DNA of 64,000 nt, taken from Chloropicon primus. Its lineage: Eukaryota. The DNA is taken from positions 558,001 to 622,000 of the forward strand of contig CP060755.1 of NCBI GenBank assembly GCA_023205875.1, in the 5' to 3' direction. Below the pieces are notes generated by a model that ran no database searches, was not told the DNA's origin, and worked only from the letters and a program-made list of their open reading frames with translations. Of the stretch, positions 52,255 through 61,837 are shown in pieces (position 1 is the stretch's first letter; each line of letters begins with the position of its first letter). The position numbers and the translations under genes were made by a program.

Positions 52255-55200
52255 TTAATATCTTATCGCGAAGTGCTCCCAGCTTCCTGCTCCGTCCTTG
52301 AGCTTGAGCTCCTCGTCGTGGTACTCCAGAAGTCCAGATCTTTGCGTGATCGTTAGCATTGTGATGCCAAGATCCCTTGCAAACTTGTACAGCTCCTCCT
52401 CCACGTCCGCGGAAACTGCATTAGTGCACTCATCCAAAAAGCACCAGTGCGGCTTGTGGTAGAACAATCTGGCCATGCCCAGGCGCTGCTGCTCTCCGAG
52501 GGACAAAACGTTTTCCCAGTCCTCCACAGAGTCCCAGCCCCACCTCTCGACGAGGTACTTCAGGTGGACTTTGTCGAGGAGATCCTCCAGCTGGGCGTCG
52601 AGGGACTCATCCGCGGTGCCTGCATCGTCAGGGCTGTGGGGGTACAGGATTTGCGCCCTCAGGGACCCCAAGGTTGTGTACGGCTTCTGCGTCACCACGA
52701 ACAGGGCAGGTCTGCGGTGGTCGAGCTCGGTGACTCCCCAAATCTGGGAGTCTTCCAGCTGCTTGCTGCGGTGGTCGAGGTGGGGGACCCGGACGTGGCC
52801 CTTGGTCATCGGCCACAAGCCGGCAACGCACCTCACCAGGCTGGTCTTTCCGCTCGCGTTCGGCCCACTGATCAGCAAGTTCTTGTCCAAAGGAACGGAG
52901 AGGGACAAGTTTTGGGCCAGAATGCTTCCGGAAGGCGTCTCGACGTTCGCGTCATCAAACTCTATGGCATTCGAGCCCTGCGAGTAGATCAAACCTGGCT
53001 TCCCGCGAGAGTCATCATCATAATGAATGAAGTTGTCCACCTTTCGGCACTTCTTCATCTCCTTGAAGACCTCCGATATCCTCGTCGCGCCACCGGCAAG
53101 CTCGGTGTACCTCTGGTGCAGTCCCAAGATGTCCCCGAAAGAGCTGAAGGTCTGCGCAATGACCGTGGCCAAATAGCGCATGTCTTTCACCATGGCAGCC
53201 TGCTCGATCACGTCCTTGCGGATGTCGATAGGATACTGCAGGGAGAAGATCATGCTGACGATCCAGGTGATGTTGTGTGGCATGTGGTTTGTCAAAAAGT
53301 TTTCATAAATGTCGTGGTTGAACCTCTTGCTCAGGGTTCCCAGCACGTGGTTCTTGAGCGCCGCGAATCTCTGGTGAATGTTGTACTTCTCCCTTTGTCC
53401 GCCGCCAAAAAAGGCAACGCTCTCGGCCCTCTCTCTCAGGGCGATGTGGCTCTGCCTGAAGGCCGATTCCAGGTCATGCTCCCCTCTCGAGGCCATCGCC
53501 AAATCCGGTGATATGGCTTTCAGCGTCGTGTACCCAAACGCCATGTAGAAGTACAAGAATGCGACGCCTTTTTTTCCCGTCAACTTGTAGCACCGCCAGC
53601 TGAACCACGCAGCATCGAGGACTGGCTTGATCGCACAGGGGACCAGTGCCGCGAGGTCATCGCACCACCTCTCGACATCGCGCGTGATCCTCTGGTCCAC
53701 GTCCCGCAGGTGCTGAATGTGCACCGACCTGTAGTAGGTGTCCTTCTTGAAATATCTGTCCAGCAGGAGATCAGTCAAGCGCTGTCTCCATCCCAGCGCC
53801 AGGTGATCGGTGAGATACTTGAGGGAGGAGGCAATGACCGAGTTTGATATGCTTTGCATCGCTGAAGTGATCATCAACTTGTAGAAACCACTGCGGTCTT
53901 GGTTGATGACGAAGAACACAGTCTGGCCGTTGAGGTTCGCGATGCGGTCGCTGATGGCTGTCCTCAGCACAACGCAAGCTGCGAGGGCGGACAGGTGCAC
54001 GGCATCAGACCCTTGCCAGGACAGCTTTTTCTTCCCCGAGGCCAGAAGCTGGCTCACGAGCTTGAACATGTCTGACATGGAATGCTTGCCCTTTGCCTTC
54101 ACCTCAAGGGAATCATCGTACAAGGAAGCACTCGACATTCCTTTTGGTGCTTTGACCTTGTGCTCGTTTATCAGCGCGCCGAGGTGCTGAGTGGATTGGC
54201 CAGTTCCGTGCTTGCTCAGTTTTTTGGACTTGCTCTTTTTGATCATCGCCTCGTACACCAACTTCGAGTCGGTGCTCCTGGTGATGTCATCACTCTGGTC
54301 CTGGTCGCTCTCCTCCTCGTCCTCCTCCGAGGACGAAGCCTCGTTGCTGTGCTTGAGGTCGTTCAGGGTCCAGCCACCCTCCCCGTCCAAATGCAGGACC
54401 TTGTCGTGGAACGCCACAAGAGCGGGCCTATGCGAGATAGTGATGCAGGTGCAACCCATGCTCTCGACAATCTCGCAGAACCTCTCCTCCATGTCGTTCG
54501 TGACACCACTCGTGCACTCATCCAAGATGGCAAACCTCGGCTTGTGGTAGAACAACCTGGCCATCCCCAGGCGCTGCTGCTCGCCAAGGGACAAGACCTC
54601 GGCCCAGTTGACGACAGTTGTCGAGGCATCCAGCACAGCGAGATCGCCCTTCTTGACCGAGTCCTCACTCCAATCGGAAGAATCTTTTGACGAGACGCTG
54701 ATGTCATCTTCGGCATTCGAGCTGTAGCGGCCAAAATCGGTCAGCAGGTAGAGCAGGTCCACTTTTCGCAAGAGCTCCCTGAGCAGCTCGGGGTTGTCGA
54801 CGAGCTTGCGATCCTTGTCCACGGTCGACGGGTAGATGAGCTGCCCAATCAGGGTGCCCACGCTGACGAAAGGCTTCTGAGGAACATAAAAGATGTCCGC
54901 AGCCAGCCCCTCGTCTCCCTTGGCGCTGCCTCGGTCACTCGCGTTCCTCCTCGGCTTGGACACAAAGCCCTCCTCGAGCTGCCACAATCCTCCGAGGACC
55001 CTGAACAGGGAAGACTTTCCCGCGCCGTTAGGTCCGGTCACGAGCAAATTCGTTCCTTCCTCGATGACGAGGTTCAAGTCCCTGATCAGGGTGTGTCCAG
55101 CAGGCGTCTTCACCGTCGCGTTCTTGAACACGATGCTGTTTGGGCTCTCGGCAGGAGCTTCGTCGCCAGGCGGCGCGTCCTGCGTCAACGCGGACTTGTA

Positions 55201-56442
55201 CGTCCTCTCCTCGGAAGCCGCCTCGCCACTCTTCGTGATCTGGGGGGTCGCTTGCATGGCGTCCATCAGGCCCCCAATCCTCTGAACGTACGCTCTCATC
55301 TTTGAAGTCTTGTTCGGCATGTTGCCAAGGACTCCAAAAGCAGTGAACAAGCTGATCACGACTCCCGTGTGGTACCTCATGTTGCTGAGCATGTCCGCCC
55401 TTCCCTTCATGGTGTTATTGGGCCTGAGGTGGCCCTCGAAGAAGGGTCCGATGATCAGTATGACTGCAAACGTCGCCCCAAAGTACTTGAGGGCAAGATC
55501 TTGCACCATGGAGAACCTCCAAGTGTTGAACAGGAGCTTGCTGTTGTGGGCAACCATCTGAGCCAGCCTCTGCTGTATCGTCTCCGCTTCCACCACGATT
55601 CCCTTCTTGTAGAATGCCACGCTCTCGGAGTTGCTCTTCAGCCTCGTTTGGGCCATCCTGTACGATCCCTCCAGGGCCTGCTTCCTCTTGTACATCTTGG
55701 CAAAGTTGGGGCTCGCCAGCTTGACGAGGGTTCCCGCGCCGAAGATGTACCCGCACATGGCCAGGGTGTACCTGTGCGACCTTGTGTACGAACCCAGCCT
55801 CTGCGAGTAAAACAGGACGTCCACAATCCCACCGATCACCTCCCCGGTGCATTGGGCCATCCCACTGCAGTACTTGGGCACATCCTCGCAAATGATTTGC
55901 TCTGGGTTCGCCACAGACTTGTCGACGTGGGAACACTTGTAGTAGTTCATGTCATTGAAGTACTTGTCGTGCACCCGTCCGGTCAGCCTGCTCCTCCAGC
56001 TCATCTCCATGCCCTGCGTGATCTTCGTGAACTGCGATTGAAGGTAGCTCAGCAGCAAGCAGCCAAAGAAGTTCTCGCCCAGGAGTCTGAGGAAAGCCTT
56101 CTTCTGACGAAGAAACGCCGTCCGGAAGAGGCCGCCCTGGACCGTGGACAAGCGGTTCGCCAGGAGGGTCCGGGTGCAGGCCAAGCCAGCGAGAGCTGCA
56201 AGGCTAGGAATCGAACCCTTAAGAAGCATGGCGAGAACCTTCTTCGAGCTCTTCCCTCCGCCACGCTTCTTTCTCAAGCTCCCATCTTTCTTCTCCTTCG
56301 TCCGACCCCCACCGCGATGACGACGAGACTTTTCGAGACTCTTGCGGTGGAAGTAGACGGCCGCGAAGCCCAGCGCCGCGGCACCGATCGCCGAGGCGGC
56401 GAGCTTCCTCCTCCTCGGCCCCCCGGCCCCCGCCAGCATCAT
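52255..56442 (-). CDS. ABCD1: Full-size peroxisomal ABC transporter, subfamily D (COMATOSE/PXA1-like)
   Basis: Two TMD-NBD halves; Walker A GPNGAGKSS and GPNASGKTS; LSLGEQQRLGMARLFYHKP twice; EAA-like ESVAFY/ESVAFFGG. ATG at 56442. Confidence 0.95.
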   Translation of the reverse strand: MMLAGAGGPRRRKLAASAIGAAALGFAAVYFHRKSLEKSRRHRGGGRTKEKKDGSLRKKRGGGKSSKKVLAMLLKGSIPSLAALAGLACTRTLLANRLSTVQGGLFRTAFLRQKKAFLRLLGENFFGCLLLSYLQSQFTKITQGMEMSWRSRLTGRVHDKYFNDMNYYKCSHVDKSVANPEQIICEDVPKYCSGMAQCTGEVIGGIVDVLFYSQRLGSYTRSHRYTLAMCGYIFGAGTLVKLASPNFAKMYKRKQALEGSYRMAQTRLKSNSESVAFYKKGIVVEAETIQQRLAQMVAHNSKLLFNTWRFSMVQDLALKYFGATFAVILIIGPFFEGHLRPNNTMKGRADMLSNMRYHTGVVISLFTAFGVLGNMPNKTSKMRAYVQRIGGLMDAMQATPQITKSGEAASEERTYKSALTQDAPPGDEAPAESPNSIVFKNATVKTPAGHTLIRDLNLVIEEGTNLLVTGPNGAGKSSLFRVLGGLWQLEEGFVSKPRRNASDRGSAKGDEGLAADIFYVPQKPFVSVGTLIGQLIYPSTVDKDRKLVDNPELLRELLRKVDLLYLLTDFGRYSSNAEDDISVSSKDSSDWSEDSVKKGDLAVLDASTTVVNWAEVLSLGEQQRLGMARLFYHKPRFAILDECTSGVTNDMEERFCEIVESMGCTCITISHRPALVAFHDKVLHLDGEGGWTLNDLKHSNEASSSEEDEEESDQDQSDDITRSTDSKLVYEAMIKKSKSKKLSKHGTGQSTQHLGALINEHKVKAPKGMSSASLYDDSLEVKAKGKHSMSDMFKLVSQLLASGKKKLSWQGSDAVHLSALAACVVLRTAISDRIANLNGQTVFFVINQDRSGFYKLMITSAMQSISNSVIASSLKYLTDHLALGWRQRLTDLLLDRYFKKDTYYRSVHIQHLRDVDQRITRDVERWCDDLAALVPCAIKPVLDAAWFSWRCYKLTGKKGVAFLYFYMAFGYTTLKAISPDLAMASRGEHDLESAFRQSHIALRERAESVAFFGGGQREKYNIHQRFAALKNHVLGTLSKRFNHDIYENFLTNHMPHNITWIVSMIFSLQYPIDIRKDVIEQAAMVKDMRYLATVIAQTFSSFGDILGLHQRYTELAGGATRISEVFKEMKKCRKVDNFIHYDDDSRGKPGLIYSQGSNAIEFDDANVETPSGSILAQNLSLSVPLDKNLLISGPNASGKTSLVRCVAGLWPMTKGHVRVPHLDHRSKQLEDSQIWGVTELDHRRPALFVVTQKPYTTLGSLRAQILYPHSPDDAGTADESLDAQLEDLLDKVHLKYLVERWGWDSVEDWENVLSLGEQQRLGMARLFYHKPHWCFLDECTNAVSADVEEELYKFARDLGITMLTITQRSGLLEYHDEELKLKDGAGSWEHFAIRY

Positions 56443-56833
56443 CTTTCCGCCGCGATCGATCGCCAAAGGCTTCTTCCCTTCTGCCTCCTCTTTCCCCTTT
56501 CCACGACGACGACGCCGAAACGAGTGGCGGGGGAGGAGGGAGGCCAATGGAGTGGAGGCCAGAGGGTGGGGATGGAGGGAGAGGTTGGGTGGATGTGGAT
56601 CAAGGGGCGGGGTGGGGGTCGGATGGACGGAGGGGTTGGCTGGGTGGTCGGCTCCAGGGGTAGGGGTGGGGGCAGGATGAGCCTCAAAAGAAGCAAAGGA
56701 GGAATGGATGAAAAGGTGGGAAGAAAACGCGAGACTTATTACTAGTGTTACAGAAAAACGTTGTGCGTTGTGTGTTGTGTTTGTCCTTTATTACGCAAGC
56801 ATCATCTCCCACGACGGCGACTTTGAATTGAAT

Positions 56834-57939
56834 TCACGCCCTGGCCATCTCAAAAGCGTTGGCGATGACGAGAAAGTCCGGCCCCTTCAGACTGGCACCG
56901 CCCACCAGGAAACCATCAACGTCCTCCTTTGTTGCGAGGTCCGAGCAGTTCTCCGCGTTCACGCTGCCGCCGTAGATGACCCTGAGGCTCTTGCTAACGC
57001 TGGGGCTGACGTTGTCCGCGAACCACTTCCTCAGGTACGCGTGGACCTCCTGGGCCTGATCCGGCGTGGCCACCACACCCGTGCCGATGGCCCAAACCGG
57101 TTCGTACGCGACCACAACGCTCGACCAGTCATCGATCTTGCCGGCGATGGCGGCAAGCTGCGCGTCTAAAACCTCGAACATCTTTCCTGACTCTCTCTGC
57201 TCCAAGGTCTCCCCAATGCAGGCGATGACGGAGAGCCCGGTGTCCAAGGCCTTCTTGCACTTGTCGGCCACGAACTCGTTGGTCTCGCCGTTCAGCGCCC
57301 TCCTCTCGGAGTGCCCCAGGATGACCCAGTTCACGCTCATGTCGCCCAAGGCCTCCGCAGTGATCTCGCCCGTGTAGGCTCCGTAGCCTTCCACCCAGCA
57401 GTTCTGCGCGGACACCTGGAACTTGCCCGCGTCCAGGGTCTCCGATACGTAGGGCAGGTGGACGAACGTCGGGGCGCACACGACCTCCGTGTTCGAGGGA
57501 ACGCTCCCGGCGTTCAGCTCCTCCACCAGCTTCGTCACGGACGACTTGGTTCCGTTACTCTTCCAGTTCCCTCCAACAAAGAATTTTCCATCGCAGCCCA
57601 TGCGGGTGAGGTGCCTCCTGCTGCCTTGCTGGCTCGCGGTTCCCACCTGCGGCACGCCATGGCTCCTCAGCGCTCGGGCTCTGAGAGTGCGTCTGAACGC
57701 GTTCACTTGAACCTGAGCGGAACGACGACGTCCGTGCACGAGTCGAGCGACCGAATCGATTTTTCACCAACAGAACAGAGAGCCAAGAACGGAGAGGGGA
57801 GTCTGGTCGTCAGCAGGCGAGCGAGGCAGAACACATCGAATAGAGGCGGTGGCCCCGCACAACAGAGCACCAGCATCAGTGCTGGTCGCACTCGGGATCA
57901 ACGAGGGGAAGGGGGAAGGAGCTTGAGCCTTACCCTCAT
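56834..57939 (-). CDS. TPI: Triosephosphate isomerase with a plastid transit peptide (first coding exon of 6 nt)
   Basis: ATG AGG (57939-57934) | GT-AG intron 57933-57713 | VQVNAFRR..; [41 protein letters not shown]. Confidence 0.93.
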
Positions 57940-58524
57940 GTCGTACGCCGTTCGTCGTCGTCGTGAACGAGGACGGATTTTCCGCAACACTCAAAGCTGG
58001 ATCGGTCGGTCGTGCGTGTCTGATGCCCTGGTCAGGAAGGAGGAAGAGGGTATCAGGTATCACGACTCGATGCTGCACGGTCTTGCTTTGCCCAACAGGT
58101 TTGGGTCCGATGTCTCTTCTGCCTTTGGTCACCAAGCCTGAGCTTTGATCTGATCCTGATCCACTTCGGTTTGCTCTGCCGCCAGCCATCCATTTTGTGA
58201 ATCTTTGCACCTGGGAAGGATCTCTAGACACCTAACTTAGGATGAAACTGAAACGCCTGAGCTTTGATGGTGGCCAACCACGACAATGTCGGCACGTAGG
58301 TGTGCTGTGCTTTCTCCCTCCACCTCCTCCTCTTGCCACTCACTCAAGCAATGGGCAAAGAGGTCCGTCCCTGACCCTACCCCTGCTGCCCTGCTGGAGA
58401 GAGAGAGAGAGGTGATGATTGGTGATTGGTGATTGGTGATTCACGGTGAGGGGCTTGCCTTTAACTTCTCACAAAGTGCGTGCCGCGGCATGCGCAAAAG
58501 GTTGCCATTGCATTGATGGCTTGT

Positions 58525-58610
58525 ACAAGGATTACTGGTACAACAAGGATTACTGGTACAACAAGGATTACTGGTACAACAAGGATTACTGGTACAACAA
58601 GGATTACTGG
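58525..58610. repeat. Perfect 18-bp tandem repeat (ACAAGGATTACTGGTACA) x ~4.8
   Basis: Direct read; units at 58525, 58543, 58561 and 58579, partial at 58597. Confidence 0.95.
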
Positions 58611-58647
58611 GACATTCTTTGGGTTGTTCGTGTTCGTACGCGCGTTC

Positions 58648-59895
58648 TTACTCGTCGTCGTCGAGGGTCTCCTCCAGGAGGTAGGCCAGCTGCTCGAACT
58701 CGTCCTCGCTGAAGGAGATCTCGCCCTCCTCCTTCTCCTCCTCCTCCCGCTTCTCCTTGGCCCGCCGCTTGGGCTGCTTCCTTCCCCTCCTCCCCTTTCC
58801 AGCGCCGGGCTTCCTCTTCTTCTTGCGCGAGCGTTCCAACTCCTCCCTCTCCTCCCTCTTCTTCTCCTCCAGCTGCTTGAGCTTCCGCCTCCACTTCGCC
58901 GGAAGGGCCGAGATGCTCGCGTCGAAGGAGCCGTCCGCCTCGGCGTCGTCCTCCCCCTCCGCCTCGTCCTTGTGGTGCTGCTGGAACTCGTACTTCTTTC
59001 TCTGGGAGAACAGCAGGCCGCCGCTGGCCCTGGGCGGCTTCTGCTTCTGTAAATCGATCCTCGCCTGCAGGATCTCGTTCACCCCGTCCCTCAGCTCGGT
59101 CTGCATCGACTCGATCTTGGCCGCCAGGTCGAAGGTCACGGGCACCCCCACCACCTCCTTGATCCTCTCGTTGTACTCGGACAGCTTCTTCTTGTCCAGC
59201 TGGTCCTCCACGCCCCGGAGGCCCGACTTCGCCACCTCCTCGGCGCGCTTCACGTCCTTCCAGCTCTCGAACGTGAGGCTCCCGTAGTTCTGCGGGTAGC
59301 TCGCGGACCGCTTGTCCCTGTTCAGGGCTCCGAAGACGAAAGCGTCTTCCCCGGAGAGACGCTTCGCGATCGCGTGGCAGTCCAGAAGCCCGGCCTCGTA
59401 CCTGAGGTCCCAAAGGACGTGGAACAGCTCCTCGGCGGCGGTGTAAGGCAAGTAGATCCTCACCTTGGGGTGCACGGGTTGGATGGCGTAAATCACGTAG
59501 GCCGTGTAGATCCCCGCGCAGTGCCTCGACATGTCCCTCAAGTGGTCGACGAACGTCCGGTTCCGATTCCCCCCCATGGCCCAGGCCCGGGTCGGCACGA
59601 ACGTCGCGCTCTGGACGCACGAAGCGAAGAGCTCCTGAACCGCCACGCAGGCCTCCCTGGTCGAGCCTGCCTCCCGCTTGATCAGCTCCAGCACCCTCCT
59701 CGTCAGGTTCTGCGAGACCCACATGTCCCTGTAAGCCCCGAAAGCGAGGAGCCCCTGCACCTCTTTCTTGTCCTCCCCTTCCCCGTTCCTCAGCCCCTTC
59801 AGGACAGCGGCCGAGAACGCACCCACGATCTCATTCACCAAGTCCTGGCACGACCCGACCTTCCTCATCCGCTTCCCTCCCGGCGCCGTCGGCAT
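58648..59895 (-). CDS. SNAPC1: snRNA-activating protein complex subunit 1 (SNAP43)-like
   Basis: FGAYRDMW..GIYTAYVIYAIQPVHPKVRIYL..DCHAIAKRLSGEDAFVFGA fits the SNAPC1 pattern (F..W, LY.LY..Q.....I, D...I...L....AF.F.A). Confidence 0.72.
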   Translation of the reverse strand: MPTAPGGKRMRKVGSCQDLVNEIVGAFSAAVLKGLRNGEGEDKKEVQGLLAFGAYRDMWVSQNLTRRVLELIKREAGSTREACVAVQELFASCVQSATFVPTRAWAMGGNRNRTFVDHLRDMSRHCAGIYTAYVIYAIQPVHPKVRIYLPYTAAEELFHVLWDLRYEAGLLDCHAIAKRLSGEDAFVFGALNRDKRSASYPQNYGSLTFESWKDVKRAEEVAKSGLRGVEDQLDKKKLSEYNERIKEVVGVPVTFDLAAKIESMQTELRDGVNEILQARIDLQKQKPPRASGGLLFSQRKKYEFQQHHKDEAEGEDDAEADGSFDASISALPAKWRRKLKQLEEKKREEREELERSRKKKRKPGAGKGRRGRKQPKRRAKEKREEEEKEEGEISFSEDEFEQLAYLLEETLDDDE

Positions 59896-60514
59896 GCTTA
59901 AGGACAAGTGAACCCACGCGAGAGGATCAGAGCTGAGACAAGTCGGGCCAGCAACAAACTCGCGTCGCTACGCGAGTCTCGTGCCTCAACGAAGCGAAGC
60001 TCCCCTTCCCTTCAACGCCACCTTCCCCTCATCCCCATCCTCGATACTTTGCCTTGTGAAATCCTCCACAGTCCGCCGTTCCTTTCGACCGAACGCTCGA
60101 AAGAAAGATCTCGAGACGCTCTTCCAGGTGATCCCCTCCTCGTCCTCCTCCTCCCGTCCCCGTGTCTCCCGATCGCTCGCCTTCCTCGCTCTCTCGGCCG
60201 CTCCGCTCCCCTCGCGCGCTCCCCGATCGATCGGGAAAGTGAGAGAGCAGAGCCCTGACGGCGAGCGAGGACGAGACGACGAGAGCGAGAGCTCCGCCTC
60301 AACACGGACGGAGGAAGGAGGCTTCGACCCCTTGGCAGGTTTAGGTCTCAGACCAGTCGGAGTTCGGCTCACTCTCCTCCACCTTCCTTCCTCGTCATCG
60401 CCTCGCCGACGGGACGGACAACGAAGGAAGCAGCAAGCGTTTGGTCTTCCCCTTGTGTCTTGCCCTAGCCCAGCATCGTGCATCGTGCGTCGTGCATCGT
60501 GTGTTTGCGTCAGG

Positions 60515-61759
60515 ATGAGTTTGCTGAGGAAGGTGGAGTATCGCAAGGTGGATGACCTTGATGCGAACAAGCCATCGTTGAGACACTGCGGGAACAAGAA
60601 AGGCTTGGAACTCTCCGCGATAAAGAAGCTGGAGCATCTCGGGGCGACGAACATTGTGCACGTCGGACAAAAGTTGAACTTGCCGATCAACACGATACAC
60701 ACGGCGGTGCATTACTTTCACAGGTTTTATGCCGAGCACACGTTCCAGGAGCAGGACAGGCTTCAGGTGGCCACAGCTTGCTTGTTTCTCGCCACAAAGG
60801 TGGAGGAAAGTCCCAGGCACTTGAAGGAGATCATCCAGCAGATGTACGTCGCGAGGTACAGGAAACACCCATCGACGAGGAAGAAGCTTCTGACGGACTC
60901 GGTGACGTATGAGATGATCAAGGACAGGATCCTTGTGGTGGAGAGGTCTCTGCTGTACACGATAGGGTTCGACTTCAACGTGGAGACGCCTTACATCTAC
61001 CTGATGTGTCTGACCATGGTTTTGGCCGACTACATCAGGTCCAAGTTTCCTAATGGTGCGCCGCAGCAGATGTATGTGGAGAACCCGAAAACCAAGACGA
61101 GGGAGCACGTCTCGCAGCTCGTCAAGCAGGGAGCATGGAACTTCGCGACGGACTCCTTGAGGCTGACCCTGTCCCTCCAAGTCTCGTCCGTGAAGATTGC
61201 GATCGTGTGCTTTTACCTCTCCATGAAGCTCGTGAACAAGACGTTCGACCAGTGCTTCGAGGGCCTTTACCATGTCGAAGAGGGGAAGCCAGTGTTCCAC
61301 AAACTCTGGTGCGACATGATGAACTTTGCGCACAACAGGTACACTCAGAGGGAGAGTGAGTCGCAGAGGCGCGAGACGGACCTTTCCAAGACACAGAAGG
61401 AGAAGCTCGAGGAAGAGGACAGGAAGAGAGTCATGTTTGAGGCGATCAAGACGGAAGCTCTCAGCATATCGTTCGACGAGATACAAATGTGCGTGAAGCA
61501 GATTACGGAGATGTACGAGCAGAACGTGATGGAAGACGGCCAGATCGTGCAGCCCAAGTTTGTGAAGGAAGGGTCTGGTGGTGGTTCCTCTGCTCCAGAG
61601 GCGAACAGCAACGGGAAGAGGCCGTACACGCCTACTTCGCCTACTCCTGAGCACGACACGCCTTATAGCCCATCGTCTCCGAGTGGAAATGGTTCACAGC
61701 AGGACAAGGCTGGGCCGCCAGTGGAAAAGAAGCAGAAGGTGGGTGCCCCGGGTGTATGA
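60515..61759 (+). CDS. Transcriptional cyclin (cyclin T/K family)
   Basis: GQKLNLPINTIHTAVHYFHRFY, VATACLFLATKVEESPR, ERSLLYTIGFDFNVETPY, AWNFATDSLR. ATG at 60515. Confidence 0.9.
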   Translation: MSLLRKVEYRKVDDLDANKPSLRHCGNKKGLELSAIKKLEHLGATNIVHVGQKLNLPINTIHTAVHYFHRFYAEHTFQEQDRLQVATACLFLATKVEESPRHLKEIIQQMYVARYRKHPSTRKKLLTDSVTYEMIKDRILVVERSLLYTIGFDFNVETPYIYLMCLTMVLADYIRSKFPNGAPQQMYVENPKTKTREHVSQLVKQGAWNFATDSLRLTLSLQVSSVKIAIVCFYLSMKLVNKTFDQCFEGLYHVEEGKPVFHKLWCDMMNFAHNRYTQRESESQRRETDLSKTQKEKLEEEDRKRVMFEAIKTEALSISFDEIQMCVKQITEMYEQNVMEDGQIVQPKFVKEGSGGGSSAPEANSNGKRPYTPTSPTPEHDTPYSPSSPSGNGSQQDKAGPPVEKKQKVGAPGV

Positions 61760-61837
61760 ACTACTAGTTTGAAGCATGTAATAGAAACTATAATACGATA
61801 ATCTTAAAACGGAGGCGCCCTCTTCGCCCCGGCTGCC

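Noticed and set aside
58525..58610. CRISPR array or (KDYWYN)n / (RITGTT)n repeat protein
   Set aside because: The units are contiguous with no spacers, there are no cas genes and the context is eukaryotic. The ORFs through it lack ATG starts and overlap the SNAPC1-like gene antisense.
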